Origin: Candidatus Undivivens industriae
GTDB lineage: Bacteria; Omnitrophota; Gorgyraeia; Gygaellales; Profunditerraquicolaceae
Reading direction: 5' to 3'
Assembly (NCBI GenBank): GCA_012514745.1
Contig: JAAYZR010000015.1
Location: forward strand, 7,479-71,478
DNA length: 64,000 nt
Positions within the stretch are counted from its first letter, which is position 1. The number at the start of each line of letters is the position of its first letter. The notes under the pieces were generated by a model. That model worked only from the letters and a program-made list of their open reading frames with translations, searched no databases and had not been told where the DNA came from. Shown here piece by piece: positions 9,612-20,187 of the stretch. A program made the position numbers and the translations under genes.

Positions 9612-10049
9612 TTAACTCCCTATCAATCTCTCGGCGATCTGTTCAAAAGCCGGCTGGGAATTCCGGCAGAATTCCTGCCATCTTTCCTTGTCCCATATTT
9701 CTATGCGGGTAGAGACGCCGACTAACACGACTTCGTTTTTTATTCCGGCAAAATCCTTGAGGGACGCCGGCAGGAGTATGCGCCCCTGTCCATCCGGCAC
9801 CACTTCAAAAGCTCCGGAGAAATAAAGACGGTTGAAGGTCCTGGCTTCCTGTCTGGTAAAAGAGAGTTCTTTCAGGCGGGACTCGTTGATGCGCCATTCA
9901 TCCTCCGAGAACATAAAAAGACATTTCTCGAAACCGCGGTTCAGGAAAAATTTCTCTATAGAATTGGCTTTCGCCGTTTCGCGAAATTTAGACGGCAGGA
10001 TAATACGCCCTTTGCGGTCTATGGAGTGTTGATATTCTCCGTAAAACAT
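9612..10049 (-). CDS. mraZ: Transcriptional regulator MraZ
   Basis: MFYGEYQHSIDRKGRIILPSKFRE… has two MraZ repeats. The start was chosen at ATG 10049 (RBS AAGGATGG). The track ORF extends further into the promoter. Confidence 0.85.
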   Translation of the reverse strand: MFYGEYQHSIDRKGRIILPSKFRETAKANSIEKFFLNRGFEKCLFMFSEDEWRINESRLKELSFTRQEARTFNRLYFSGAFEVVPDGQGRILLPASLKDFAGIKNEVVLVGVSTRIEIWDKERWQEFCRNSQPAFEQIAERLIGS

Positions 10050-10061
10050 AGACCATCCTTT

Positions 10062-10095
10062 CCACTTTAAGCCACTTTGTTCCACCAGTATCCAC
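10062..10095 (-). promoter_or_regulatory. Putative MraZ operator: 4 direct GTGG repeats at exact 10-bp phasing
   Basis: CCAC (plus strand) lies at 10062, 10072, 10082 and 10092, between the -10 element and the mraZ start codon. Confidence 0.55.
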
Positions 10096-10096
10096 A

Positions 10097-10124
10097 AGTA
10101 TAACAAATTGCCTTTTAATGTCAA
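10097..10124 (-). promoter_or_regulatory. Sigma-70-type promoter of the mraZ/dcw operon (-35 TTGACA, 16-bp spacer, -10 TATACT)
   Basis: Read on the minus strand: TTGACA (10119..10124) and TATACT (10097..10102), both near consensus, in an AT-rich intergenic stretch. Confidence 0.55.
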
Positions 10125-10300
10125 GGCAAAAATGCATAGAAAAGTCCTTTTTTTATTCTTGTTAATCGAAGCAAAAGTTAGTTGTAGAAACAAATTCTAC
10201 TTCCTGCAAACAAACGGAAGGGACCGAGAAAAAACCTTTTATGTCCGGAGCGGGGATCCAGTCTCTCGGAGCTGATCCTTCAACACATCCTGGTATGGGC

Positions 10301-11338
10301 CTATCGGGTTACTTCGGATGAACTGCGGATAAGAGATCTTTTATTGCGGCTTCCGGCTCCTCGATTTTTCTTACTTTTACCAGCGCCGTTAACACGACAC
10401 CCGGGAGCGGTTTTTATATTGAGTTTCCCACGAAAAAACCCTCTTGCTTTCTCCACATCCTTCGCTATCTGTTCTTTCAACGCGGCAACGGAAGGAAATT
10501 TTCTGTCTCTACGCATCATACGGAGAAAATTTATCGAAAGATCATATCCGTAGAGGTCACGCGCGCAATCGAAGATATACACCTCGATGCGTCTTTCGCT
10601 CCCCTTCCCCAGAGTCGGCCGCCTGCCGATATAACAGAGGCCGTTGAGCGGCCGTGACCGGCCGGGGATGTCCGGCAGGACATTCACCGAGTATACGCCG
10701 GCAGGAGGGAGTATCTCGTGATGAGGATCTATGTTCGCCGTCGGAAAACCTATCCGCCTCCCGAATCTGTCCCCTTTTATCACCGTCCCGTATACGCTCA
10801 CCGGCCTGCCCAGCATACGCTCCGCCTCGTTCAGCTTCCCTGCCAGGATGAATTTTCTTATCAACGTGCTGCTGACCGGCCTGCCTCCGCAACGCATCCT
10901 TGGGAACACGCGCACCCCGAAACCCAGTTTTCGGCCGAAGGCTCTCAACAAACCGACTCCGCCGGCCGCGCCTCTGCCGAAACGAAAATTATCGCCCACG
11001 TAAACATGGCGCGCGTTCAATCTCGCATATATGATATCCTTGAGGAACTCTTCCGCCGTAAGCGCGGAGAAGGCCGAAGAGAAATCCAGCACGACGCAGA
11101 CGTCTATGCCGCATTCGGCGATAAGCTTTATCCTGTGCGCCAGCGAATAAAGACTTTTTTGGCTCTGCGGATGGGGATAAAAAGTCAAGGCCACCGATGT
11201 CCCGCCGGACGCCCCGGCCTTTTTCGCCGCCGACTCCAGTATGCGGCGGTGGGCAAAGTGCACCCCGTCGAAAACCCCTATCGCCACAACCGGGGAGGGA
11301 CGACGAAAAAAACGCGGCAGGCCCGAAAAAACCTTCAT
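10301..11338 (-). CDS. ribF: Bifunctional riboflavin kinase / FMN adenylyltransferase
   Basis: VAIGVFDGVHFAHRRIL… (FAD synthetase) plus a C-terminal riboflavin kinase region. ATGA overlap with nrnA. Confidence 0.85.
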   Translation of the reverse strand: MKVFSGLPRFFRRPSPVVAIGVFDGVHFAHRRILESAAKKAGASGGTSVALTFYPHPQSQKSLYSLAHRIKLIAECGIDVCVVLDFSSAFSALTAEEFLKDIIYARLNARHVYVGDNFRFGRGAAGGVGLLRAFGRKLGFGVRVFPRMRCGGRPVSSTLIRKFILAGKLNEAERMLGRPVSVYGTVIKGDRFGRRIGFPTANIDPHHEILPPAGVYSVNVLPDIPGRSRPLNGLCYIGRRPTLGKGSERRIEVYIFDCARDLYGYDLSINFLRMMRRDRKFPSVAALKEQIAKDVEKARGFFRGKLNIKTAPGCRVNGAGKSKKNRGAGSRNKRSLIRSSSEVTR

Positions 11339-12300
11339 AAGATCTTCCCTTTTACCGCCGATAGAACTTTTCTCACCGCTGCTTTCATTCCCCCGGCGAC
11401 GGTGCAGCCGCTGGCAGTGGCGTGCCCGCCGCCGCCGAACATTCCGGCGATATTATTCACGTCTATCCTGCCGCGCGAACGGAAGTTCACGCGGATACCT
11501 CCTTGGACGCCGAAATTCTCCCTGAAAAGCACGACCACCTCCGCCTCTTTGACGGAACGCGCGTAGCTCAATATCTGCTCGGTCAGATCCATTGACATCC
11601 TGCGCCTGGGCATCATGCTCCTCTCCACCGCGAACCAGACAAGTTTACCCGATTGGTCTTTCTTCATCGTGCCCAGGATGCGCGCCAACGCCTGCATATC
11701 GGAAAAAGAAGACGCCTCATAGATCCTTCTGTAAACGTCGGCGGGGGCTGCCCCGCAACGCATCATCTCCGCCGCAGCGAGATGGGTCCTGTCGGAGGTG
11801 TTCGTGTAACGAAAAGAACCCGTATCGGTCATTATCCCGGTGTATAAAAGCAGGGCGCTGTCTCTATCGAAAGGAACTTTCATTTTGCGGTAAAGATCGT
11901 AGATCATCTCGCTCGCCGACGAGCTGGAAGGATCCACCCAATTGACGCTGCCGAACTTCACGTTGCTGACGTGGTGGTCTATGTTCAGGACGCACTGCGC
12001 GCCGCGCGCCGCCTCCCCCGCCTTACCGCACCTCTTGAGGTCGGAACAATCCACGGCGACGAAACAGTCGAAACCTGAAAGCGGGCGTGCCGGCGTCCGC
12101 GTTATGCGCGAAGTCCCGGGCAGAAACGAATAAACCTGGGGAACGGGATCGTCGTTAATCACCGCCGTCTTCTTCCCCAGTTTCTCCGCCAGCAGGCAAA
12201 ACGCCAGGGCTGCCCCCACCGCATCCCCCTCCATATTCACATGCATGGTAACCAGGAAACTCTTGTTATCCCGTATGCACTCAACAGCTTTTTTCATCAT
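11335..12300 (-). CDS. nrnA: DHH/DHHA1 family phosphoesterase (NrnA-like nanoRNase/pAp phosphatase)
   Basis: DHH motif (DHH in …NIDHHVSN…) and DHHA1 GGGGH motif (…FGGGGHATASG…). Confidence 0.8.
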   Translation of the reverse strand: MMKKAVECIRDNKSFLVTMHVNMEGDAVGAALAFCLLAEKLGKKTAVINDDPVPQVYSFLPGTSRITRTPARPLSGFDCFVAVDCSDLKRCGKAGEAARGAQCVLNIDHHVSNVKFGSVNWVDPSSSSASEMIYDLYRKMKVPFDRDSALLLYTGIMTDTGSFRYTNTSDRTHLAAAEMMRCGAAPADVYRRIYEASSFSDMQALARILGTMKKDQSGKLVWFAVERSMMPRRRMSMDLTEQILSYARSVKEAEVVVLFRENFGVQGGIRVNFRSRGRIDVNNIAGMFGGGGHATASGCTVAGGMKAAVRKVLSAVKGKIL

Positions 12301-12640
12301 CTTTACGCCCTTTCAATTCATTCAATATCTCCTCGATATGCATGCTGTATTCGCTGGAACGATCCACCTTAAATACCATCTCCGGGCTGAAACGCAATTT
12401 AATCCTCTCGGAGACCAGCTTGCGGATGAACCCCAACGCAGACTCAAGCGCTTCGCCGCTCTTTTTGCGCGTCGCCTCTTCTCCCAGCACGCTGTAAAAG
12501 ATCTTGGCAAAACGCAAGTCGTCGGTAAGCTCCACCCTGGTGATGGTGATAAACCCCAGCCTGGGGTCTTTCATCTCGTTATGTATTATGTTGCTCACTT
12601 CTCTCTTTATCGCCTGGGAAACTTTATCGCTCCTGCTCAT
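12281..12640 (-). CDS. rbfA: Ribosome-binding factor A
   Basis: 119 aa: RVELTDDLRFAKIFYSV… is typical RbfA. Confidence 0.85.
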   Translation of the reverse strand: MSRSDKVSQAIKREVSNIIHNEMKDPRLGFITITRVELTDDLRFAKIFYSVLGEEATRKKSGEALESALGFIRKLVSERIKLRFSPEMVFKVDRSSEYSMHIEEILNELKGRKDDEKSC

Positions 12641-13952
12641 TTCGGCCCGCTCCTTTCACTTCCCTGTCCGCGGCGGCGTACCTGCGTATCAAACTGCGCG
12701 CCAGGGCCAGTTCATCCTGCCTGCTTTGCACTTCTCCGTTAAGCCTGGCCTCGAGCACGGCGGAAAATATCCGCTGGTAAAGCGGCCCCGGCCCGCAGCC
12801 AAGCTGATGTATATCCCTGCCGTTTATACGAATGGGCATCCCGTTATAAAAACAGAGAAAGTCTTCTATGTTTTTTCTGAACTGCCCGCCGCCGTGTTTT
12901 ATGCTCAAGAAAAGTATGCTTTCGTAACTCAACGGCTCGAGTATCGAATATATTTCCGACGGCCTGGCGCGCGCGGAATGAAGCCGCTTCAGGCGCGCCG
13001 CGCCGAGCTGTTTGACTGCCAGGACTCTTTTTTCGTCGCCTCGGCGCATGCCGAACCTGCGGCAGAATTCCACCGTCTGGGCTGCCGTTAAGGCGTCCAG
13101 AAGGATCATCAGATTGACCACCCAGATATCCGGACGCCTGCGGTGCGGCAGTCTTAGGCTGAACCAGGCGTCCCTTGCAGGGACGCGCCTGAATAAAGAA
13201 CATTCTTCCCTGCCGAGGGAAACCCGCGGATGCAGAAAATCCAAACCCGCCGTGCGTTCAAGCCTGCGCAGTTGTCTGCAGGGGGACTTCTCTTTAAGCA
13301 TCAACAGCAGTTCGTCGCGCAGCCTGTGCGGATGCACGGAATGGAGCATCCCGGCACCGGCGGATTTTTTCAATAAGGACAGTGTTCTCGGCTCTATCCT
13401 GAAACCATACCTCTGTTCGAACCGGACGGCACGCAGGATGCGGGTCGGATCGTCAATAAAACTCTCCTTATGCAATACCCGTATCTTCCCTGCCTTTAAG
13501 TCGCTCAGCCCGCCGAAGGTATCGATCAACCTGCCGAAATCACCATCGTTTATGCTGGCCGCCATGGCGTTGATCGTGAAATCCCTGCGGTAAAGATCGT
13601 CCCCTATCGTCCCCGGTTTGACCGAAGGCAGGGAAGCCGGCACCGGATAAGTCTCGGTCCTGGCGGTGGCCACGTCGACCTTCAGGCCGCCGTGCGCGAC
13701 GGTCGCGGTCCCAAACCTGTGGTGGTGGACAACATTTCCCTTGAGCAATACCGCCAATTTCCGCGCCGTTTTCATCCCGTCTCCCTCAACTACGAAATCG
13801 AGGTCGTAACTGTCGGCACGCAATAAAAGGTCCCGCACGCAACCGCCTACCAGGAATATTCTGCCGCCGCTGTCTTCCGCCGCTGCGGCCGCGAGGCCGA
13901 TCGCATCCCGGGCATCCTCAGGTAATTTTAACAGAAGCCGGTCAATCTTCAT
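12624..13952 (-). CDS. cca: tRNA nucleotidyltransferase (CCA-adding enzyme) / poly(A) polymerase family
   Basis: GGCVRDLLL…DLDF is a head-domain motif of the Pol-beta nucleotidyltransferase family, plus an HD-less bacterial CCA architecture. Confidence 0.75.
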   Translation of the reverse strand: MKIDRLLLKLPEDARDAIGLAAAAAEDSGGRIFLVGGCVRDLLLRADSYDLDFVVEGDGMKTARKLAVLLKGNVVHHHRFGTATVAHGGLKVDVATARTETYPVPASLPSVKPGTIGDDLYRRDFTINAMAASINDGDFGRLIDTFGGLSDLKAGKIRVLHKESFIDDPTRILRAVRFEQRYGFRIEPRTLSLLKKSAGAGMLHSVHPHRLRDELLLMLKEKSPCRQLRRLERTAGLDFLHPRVSLGREECSLFRRVPARDAWFSLRLPHRRRPDIWVVNLMILLDALTAAQTVEFCRRFGMRRGDEKRVLAVKQLGAARLKRLHSARARPSEIYSILEPLSYESILFLSIKHGGGQFRKNIEDFLCFYNGMPIRINGRDIHQLGCGPGPLYQRIFSAVLEARLNGEVQSRQDELALARSLIRRYAAADREVKGAGRNEQER

Positions 13953-14046
13953 ATTCCCCCCAGTCTAATACATTGTTACAAAAGTTTTCTTAGTGTTTGA
14001 TAATCGAAAGCAGAAAGTCGACCGCAAACGAGAACTTCCATCTAAG

Positions 14047-14160
14047 CGGAGCCCCTCGGGCTAAACAGGCCGGGGATTTCCGGGCGAGGGGATTAAATCT
14101 CGATTTTCTACTCTCCATTACTCCGTGCGCTGTTTAAAGAAATTATTTAACAGCGCACTA
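14047..14160 (+). repeat. Composite repeat: GGAGCCCCTCGGGCTAAA + CCGGGGATTTCCGGGCGAGGGGATTAAAT module + family-2 terminal hairpin
   Basis: The hairpin at 14125..14159 is identical in its stem to the 2325..2359 copy. The left modules recur at 49401..49429 and 49689..49720 (inverted). Confidence 0.8.
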
Positions 14161-15045
14161 CGGCCTGGGATGGAACATCTTGTGCACAGATTTCAGCCGG
14201 TCTTTATTGATATGCGTGTATATCTGCGTCGTGGAGATATTCGAGTGCCCCAGCATCTCCTGAACCGAACGCAGGTCCGCCCCGCGCTCAAGAAGGTGCG
14301 TGGCGAAGGAATGCCTCAACAGGTGCGGTTTGATCTCTTTCTTGATGCCCGCCTTCAAGGCGTAGCTTTTGATCATCTTCCAGACCGACTGCCTGGAGAG
14401 GCGCCGCCCCAATCTGCTGACAAACATATAATCGCTCTGTTTCTTCCCAAGCATCTTCCGGCGGCTCTTCTCGAGATAAAACCTGACGCTCTCGACCGCC
14501 TTACCGCCGAGAGGCACAACCCTTTCCTTGTTGCCCTTGCCGATACAACGCAGAAACCCGACATCCATGTTCACCGACCCGGTCTTGAGATCGACCGCCT
14601 CGGAAACGCGCATGCCTGTGGCGTAAAGCGTCTCCAGTATTGCCCTGTCTCGTATGCCGCGCGCCCTGCGCAGGTCCGGCTGCGCCAGCAGAGCCTCCAC
14701 TTCCTCCACGGAAAGAGTATCCGGTATCTTCTTCCAGAGTTTCGGGGTATCTACCAACCCCGAAGGGTCATCCTTAAGCACCCTCTCCCGCACCAGAAAA
14801 CGGTAGAACATCCGTATCGCCGCCAGCCGTCTCGCGATGGAATTGGAAGATATGCCGCGCGCCTTCTGGGCAGACATAAACTCCACGATATCGCTGCGCG
14901 TAACCCCGGATAACGCGCCGGCGGAACGCTCGGATAAAAACGCCGCATATTTCTTAAGATCTCCCCGGTAGGAAACGAGCGTATTGAAAGACAGCCCGCG
15001 TTCCACGGAAAGATAATTCAGAAAGGTTTCCACCAGCTCTTTCAT
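14158..15045 (-). CDS. Tyrosine site-specific recombinase, XerC/XerD family
   Basis: 295 aa with R…HxxR…Y catalytic residues (HSFATHLLERGADLRSVQEMLGHSNISTTQIYTH). The stop codon lies inside a family-2 repeat hairpin. Confidence 0.85.
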   Translation of the reverse strand: MKELVETFLNYLSVERGLSFNTLVSYRGDLKKYAAFLSERSAGALSGVTRSDIVEFMSAQKARGISSNSIARRLAAIRMFYRFLVRERVLKDDPSGLVDTPKLWKKIPDTLSVEEVEALLAQPDLRRARGIRDRAILETLYATGMRVSEAVDLKTGSVNMDVGFLRCIGKGNKERVVPLGGKAVESVRFYLEKSRRKMLGKKQSDYMFVSRLGRRLSRQSVWKMIKSYALKAGIKKEIKPHLLRHSFATHLLERGADLRSVQEMLGHSNISTTQIYTHINKDRLKSVHKMFHPRP

Positions 15046-15078
15046 ATCGTGATTTTAGTCCCGGGCGATATCACCTGA

Positions 15079-15699
15079 TCAGCGCAAAAAAGGATTCTTC
15101 CTTTTCTCCTCGCCTATGGTAGTGCTTTCCCCGTGACCGGGATAGACCGGGGTGTCTTCGGAGAGCGTCAATATCCGCTCGCGCAAAGACTCCAGCAATG
15201 CATCCCCGTCGCCGCAGGGCAGGTCGCTCCTGCCTATACTTCCGCGGAACAGGCTGTCGCCGCTGAAAAGGATCTTCCGCCCTTCATCTTCGCAAAGAAG
15301 CGCTATACCTCCCGGTGTGTGACCGGGCAGATGGATCACGCGCATCTCAACTCCGCCGGCGGTAATGACCTGGTTATCCTCGAGTTCCCTTATCTCCGCG
15401 GTAACGCTGAAAGGACTTCCCAGCGCAGCGGACATATTCAGCTCCGGTTTAAGCAGAAAAGCCCTGTCGAGCATGTGCACGTATACCGGCAGACCAAACT
15501 CGTTGTCACAGCCGATATGATCGGCGTGGCCGTGCGTATTGATCACGCATTCCGCCGACAGCTTGTGTTTTTCCAGCCGGCGCTTGATAACCCGGATATC
15601 CGCCCCGGGGTCTATCACCGCGGCCTTGCCTCCGGAATGCGCGGCCACGACATAACAATTGGAATCGAGTTCCCCCACCACTATGCGCTCAATCAACAT
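15079..15699 (-). CDS. MBL-fold metallo-hydrolase (glyoxalase II-like)
   Basis: HxHxDH motif (INTHGHADHIG). Confidence 0.75.
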   Translation of the reverse strand: MLIERIVVGELDSNCYVVAAHSGGKAAVIDPGADIRVIKRRLEKHKLSAECVINTHGHADHIGCDNEFGLPVYVHMLDRAFLLKPELNMSAALGSPFSVTAEIRELEDNQVITAGGVEMRVIHLPGHTPGGIALLCEDEGRKILFSGDSLFRGSIGRSDLPCGDGDALLESLRERILTLSEDTPVYPGHGESTTIGEEKRKNPFLR

Positions 15700-16192
15700 G
15701 CCTTGGGCCCTCTGCGGCGGGAACCATACTGTTGAGATAAACCGATATTTCTTTTTTCAATACTTCAGCCGGATTCCTGAAACTTTCCACCCTATTGCCG
15801 TAAATATCCGACTCGACCCCGCCGCGCAATTTCAAGATCCTGTTTACATACTCCCGTGCGGCAGGCTCTTCGGCGGCACCGGCGATGCCGATACAGGCGC
15901 GCAAATGTTTCAATGATTCATCGAGACAATATAACTGCCGCTTACGGTTCCCTCCGGGAGAAAGCGCGGAAAGGAATTCATCGTACCAACTCCTCCAATA
16001 TAGAAGGTTCTGGCGGTAGAGTTCCTGCGGATCCTGTCCCGGCGCGGAGTACTCCTCCGGAGCCAGCACCATCTCCACCTCGCGCTCCGCGCTCTTTTTA
16101 CGGGTAAACTTCCTGGAAAACGATTCGCAGCCGGCCGTCAATAACATAACCGCGGCCATAACGAACGCTAATACGCGATCGAACGAACGCAT
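15689..16192 (-). CDS. Hypothetical lipoprotein
   Basis: Signal peptide with lipobox LTAGC. No recognisable domain. Confidence 0.45.
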   Translation of the reverse strand: MRSFDRVLAFVMAAVMLLTAGCESFSRKFTRKKSAEREVEMVLAPEEYSAPGQDPQELYRQNLLYWRSWYDEFLSALSPGGNRKRQLYCLDESLKHLRACIGIAGAAEEPAAREYVNRILKLRGGVESDIYGNRVESFRNPAEVLKKEISVYLNSMVPAAEGPRHVD

Positions 16193-16220
16193 CGACTACC
16201 TCCATTTAGTAAACGGTGAA

Positions 16221-18511
<2,291 letters not shown>

Positions 18512-18638
18512 AGGACCACCCCGGATTTTAATTATAACACGATAATTATGCGAAGAGAAATCAATTCGGAGCGCCCGGCTAAAGGCCGTGGTGCGCTTAT
18601 GATTTTTACAGGTAACTCTTGAAGGGAAGTAAGATCGG

Positions 18639-18962
18639 TCAGAAAAGAAGGGCCAGCGCCTGTTTCACCGTCTGGCCTGCCGCTATACCGAGCTCGGCGG
18701 CTGCCGGACTGCATTCGCTTACTTTGGCTTCCAGGGCCTCCTCTATGGAAGCCGCGCCGGAAAATTTAAAGGCGGCGTCGCCGAATTTAACGACGGCGCC
18801 CATATCCAAATAACCGCACATCCCGTAGCCTTTATTCGCTTTGAGAACAATAAGATTCCTGCCGCCCAGCGGCAGCTGCAAGGCGGTTATTTTATACTTT
18901 GACGGAGCTAAAACCGCGCCGAATTGATCCCCGTTAATGCATATCTCTTTGCTTATCAGCAT
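18639..18962 (-). CDS. DUF1805 (YunC-like) domain protein
   Basis: About 107 aa. …LIVLKANKGYGMCGYLDM… resembles the YunC/DUF1805 family. Confidence 0.5.
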   Translation of the reverse strand: MLISKEICINGDQFGAVLAPSKYKITALQLPLGGRNLIVLKANKGYGMCGYLDMGAVVKFGDAAFKFSGAASIEEALEAKVSECSPAAAELGIAAGQTVKQALALLF

Positions 18963-18996
18963 ACCGAAATATCTACGCGGATGACATTATCTCCGT

Positions 18997-19713
18997 TTAA
19001 GACTGCTCCTCGCTGGATATGCAGGATAAATTACGTTCGATGAAACTTATCAGCTTTTCCTGTCCGGAGCAGGAAAAATTGCAAAACTCCACACCCATGC
19101 CCGGGAATATGTTCTTCTGTATCTGCTTATCCGGCAGCCATACCACCTTGGCCTCCAGTTCCAGATCCTCCTGTTTCGGCGGCAGCTTGATCTTAAGGAC
19201 GACCGCATCCCCCAGCTTTAACTTGTCCACGCCGTACACATAAGCGCCCACCGCGCTGAGATTAAGTATATCCACGTGCGCTTTACCGCCGGCGTATTCC
19301 AGTTCCGCCTTTATATCCAGCGGCAGGCGTTTAAACCTCCTGCGCAGCTGCATCTTCTTTATCTTCTCTATAATACGATCCTCGCGGAAGCTGTTTTCCG
19401 CCAGATCCAGAGAAGGGTACATCTCTATCGTTCTGTCCAATCCGGAGACCGAGAAAACGTTCTTCAAGTGCGAAGGGATACAGCAAAAACGCATCCTGCC
19501 GTTGTTGTTCACCACTTCCTTATAGGCGATGATGACTACGGAAATCCCCATATAATCCACCGATTCCACTTCCTCGAAATTACAGAGGATGTCGGTATAC
19601 CCGTCTCTCAGGCATTGCCCGACGGTCTCGATGAAATTGGCGGAATCGACGTCCACCTTGCCGATCAACTCCATTAGGATTATCCCGTTCTTAAGCCCGA
19701 CGCGTATGTCCAT
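18997..19713 (-). CDS. STAS-domain (anti-sigma-factor antagonist-like) protein with C-terminal PilZ-like domain
   Basis: The N-terminal 100 aa are SpoIIAA-like STAS (…VDYMGISVVIIAYKEV…). The C-terminal half resembles a PilZ c-di-GMP-binding barrel (…RRFKRLPLDIKAELEY…). Confidence 0.5.
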   Translation of the reverse strand: MDIRVGLKNGIILMELIGKVDVDSANFIETVGQCLRDGYTDILCNFEEVESVDYMGISVVIIAYKEVVNNNGRMRFCCIPSHLKNVFSVSGLDRTIEMYPSLDLAENSFREDRIIEKIKKMQLRRRFKRLPLDIKAELEYAGGKAHVDILNLSAVGAYVYGVDKLKLGDAVVLKIKLPPKQEDLELEAKVVWLPDKQIQKNIFPGMGVEFCNFSCSGQEKLISFIERNLSCISSEEQS

Positions 19714-19800
19714 GATTGTCTCTCCCGAGAGCTTAACGGCTGCCGCCGTATGTTGAAAGGTTACCTCGTATATCTAAATTATAACACAAAAACTCCGCTT

Positions 19801-20181
19801 TCACCGTTTCTCCCGCACGAAGAATTCCGCGGCGGCGGCGGCGATCTCCGCCTTTTCGCGGTTGAACACCTCGACCTGCAAGGTCACGATATTCTTGCGC
19901 ACGCGGATTATCCTGGCCTCGGCAAAGATATCACCCAGCGCCTGTTTCAGGAATCTGATGGTAAACTTCACCGTGAGGAAACTGCTCCCGGCATACCTGA
20001 CCAGCAGAGCGTTGGCCGCGGCGGTGTCGGCTAAAGCGGCTATGGCCCCTCCGTGCAAACTGCCGTGCGGATTGGTAAACCTCCGGCGGAAAGGAAGCTT
20101 CAGCAGGGCCCGCCCGTCCTCCAGTTTCAGCACCTGTATGCCCAATAATCTCTCGAATTCAGCCTGGACTTTCTTTTCCAT
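19801..20181 (-). CDS. PaaI/hotdog-fold thioesterase
   Basis: …HGSLHGGAIAALADTAAANALL… is the PaaI-family signature. Confidence 0.75.
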   Translation of the reverse strand: MEKKVQAEFERLLGIQVLKLEDGRALLKLPFRRRFTNPHGSLHGGAIAALADTAAANALLVRYAGSSFLTVKFTIRFLKQALGDIFAEARIIRVRKNIVTLQVEVFNREKAEIAAAAAEFFVREKR

Positions 20182-20187
20182 ATTCTT

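Noticed and set aside
8657-9712. 351-aa plus-strand ORF
   Set aside because: It is antisense to rsmH.
14125-14913. 262-aa plus-strand ORF starting 'MRCLKKLF…' (also 2320..2676 and 63573..63812)
   Set aside because: The 'MRCLK(N/K/S)LFNSAL' N-termini are translations of the family-2 hairpin repeat (GCGCTGTTTAAAGAA…TTAACAGCGC). The bodies are antisense to xerD-like, mraY and mutL.
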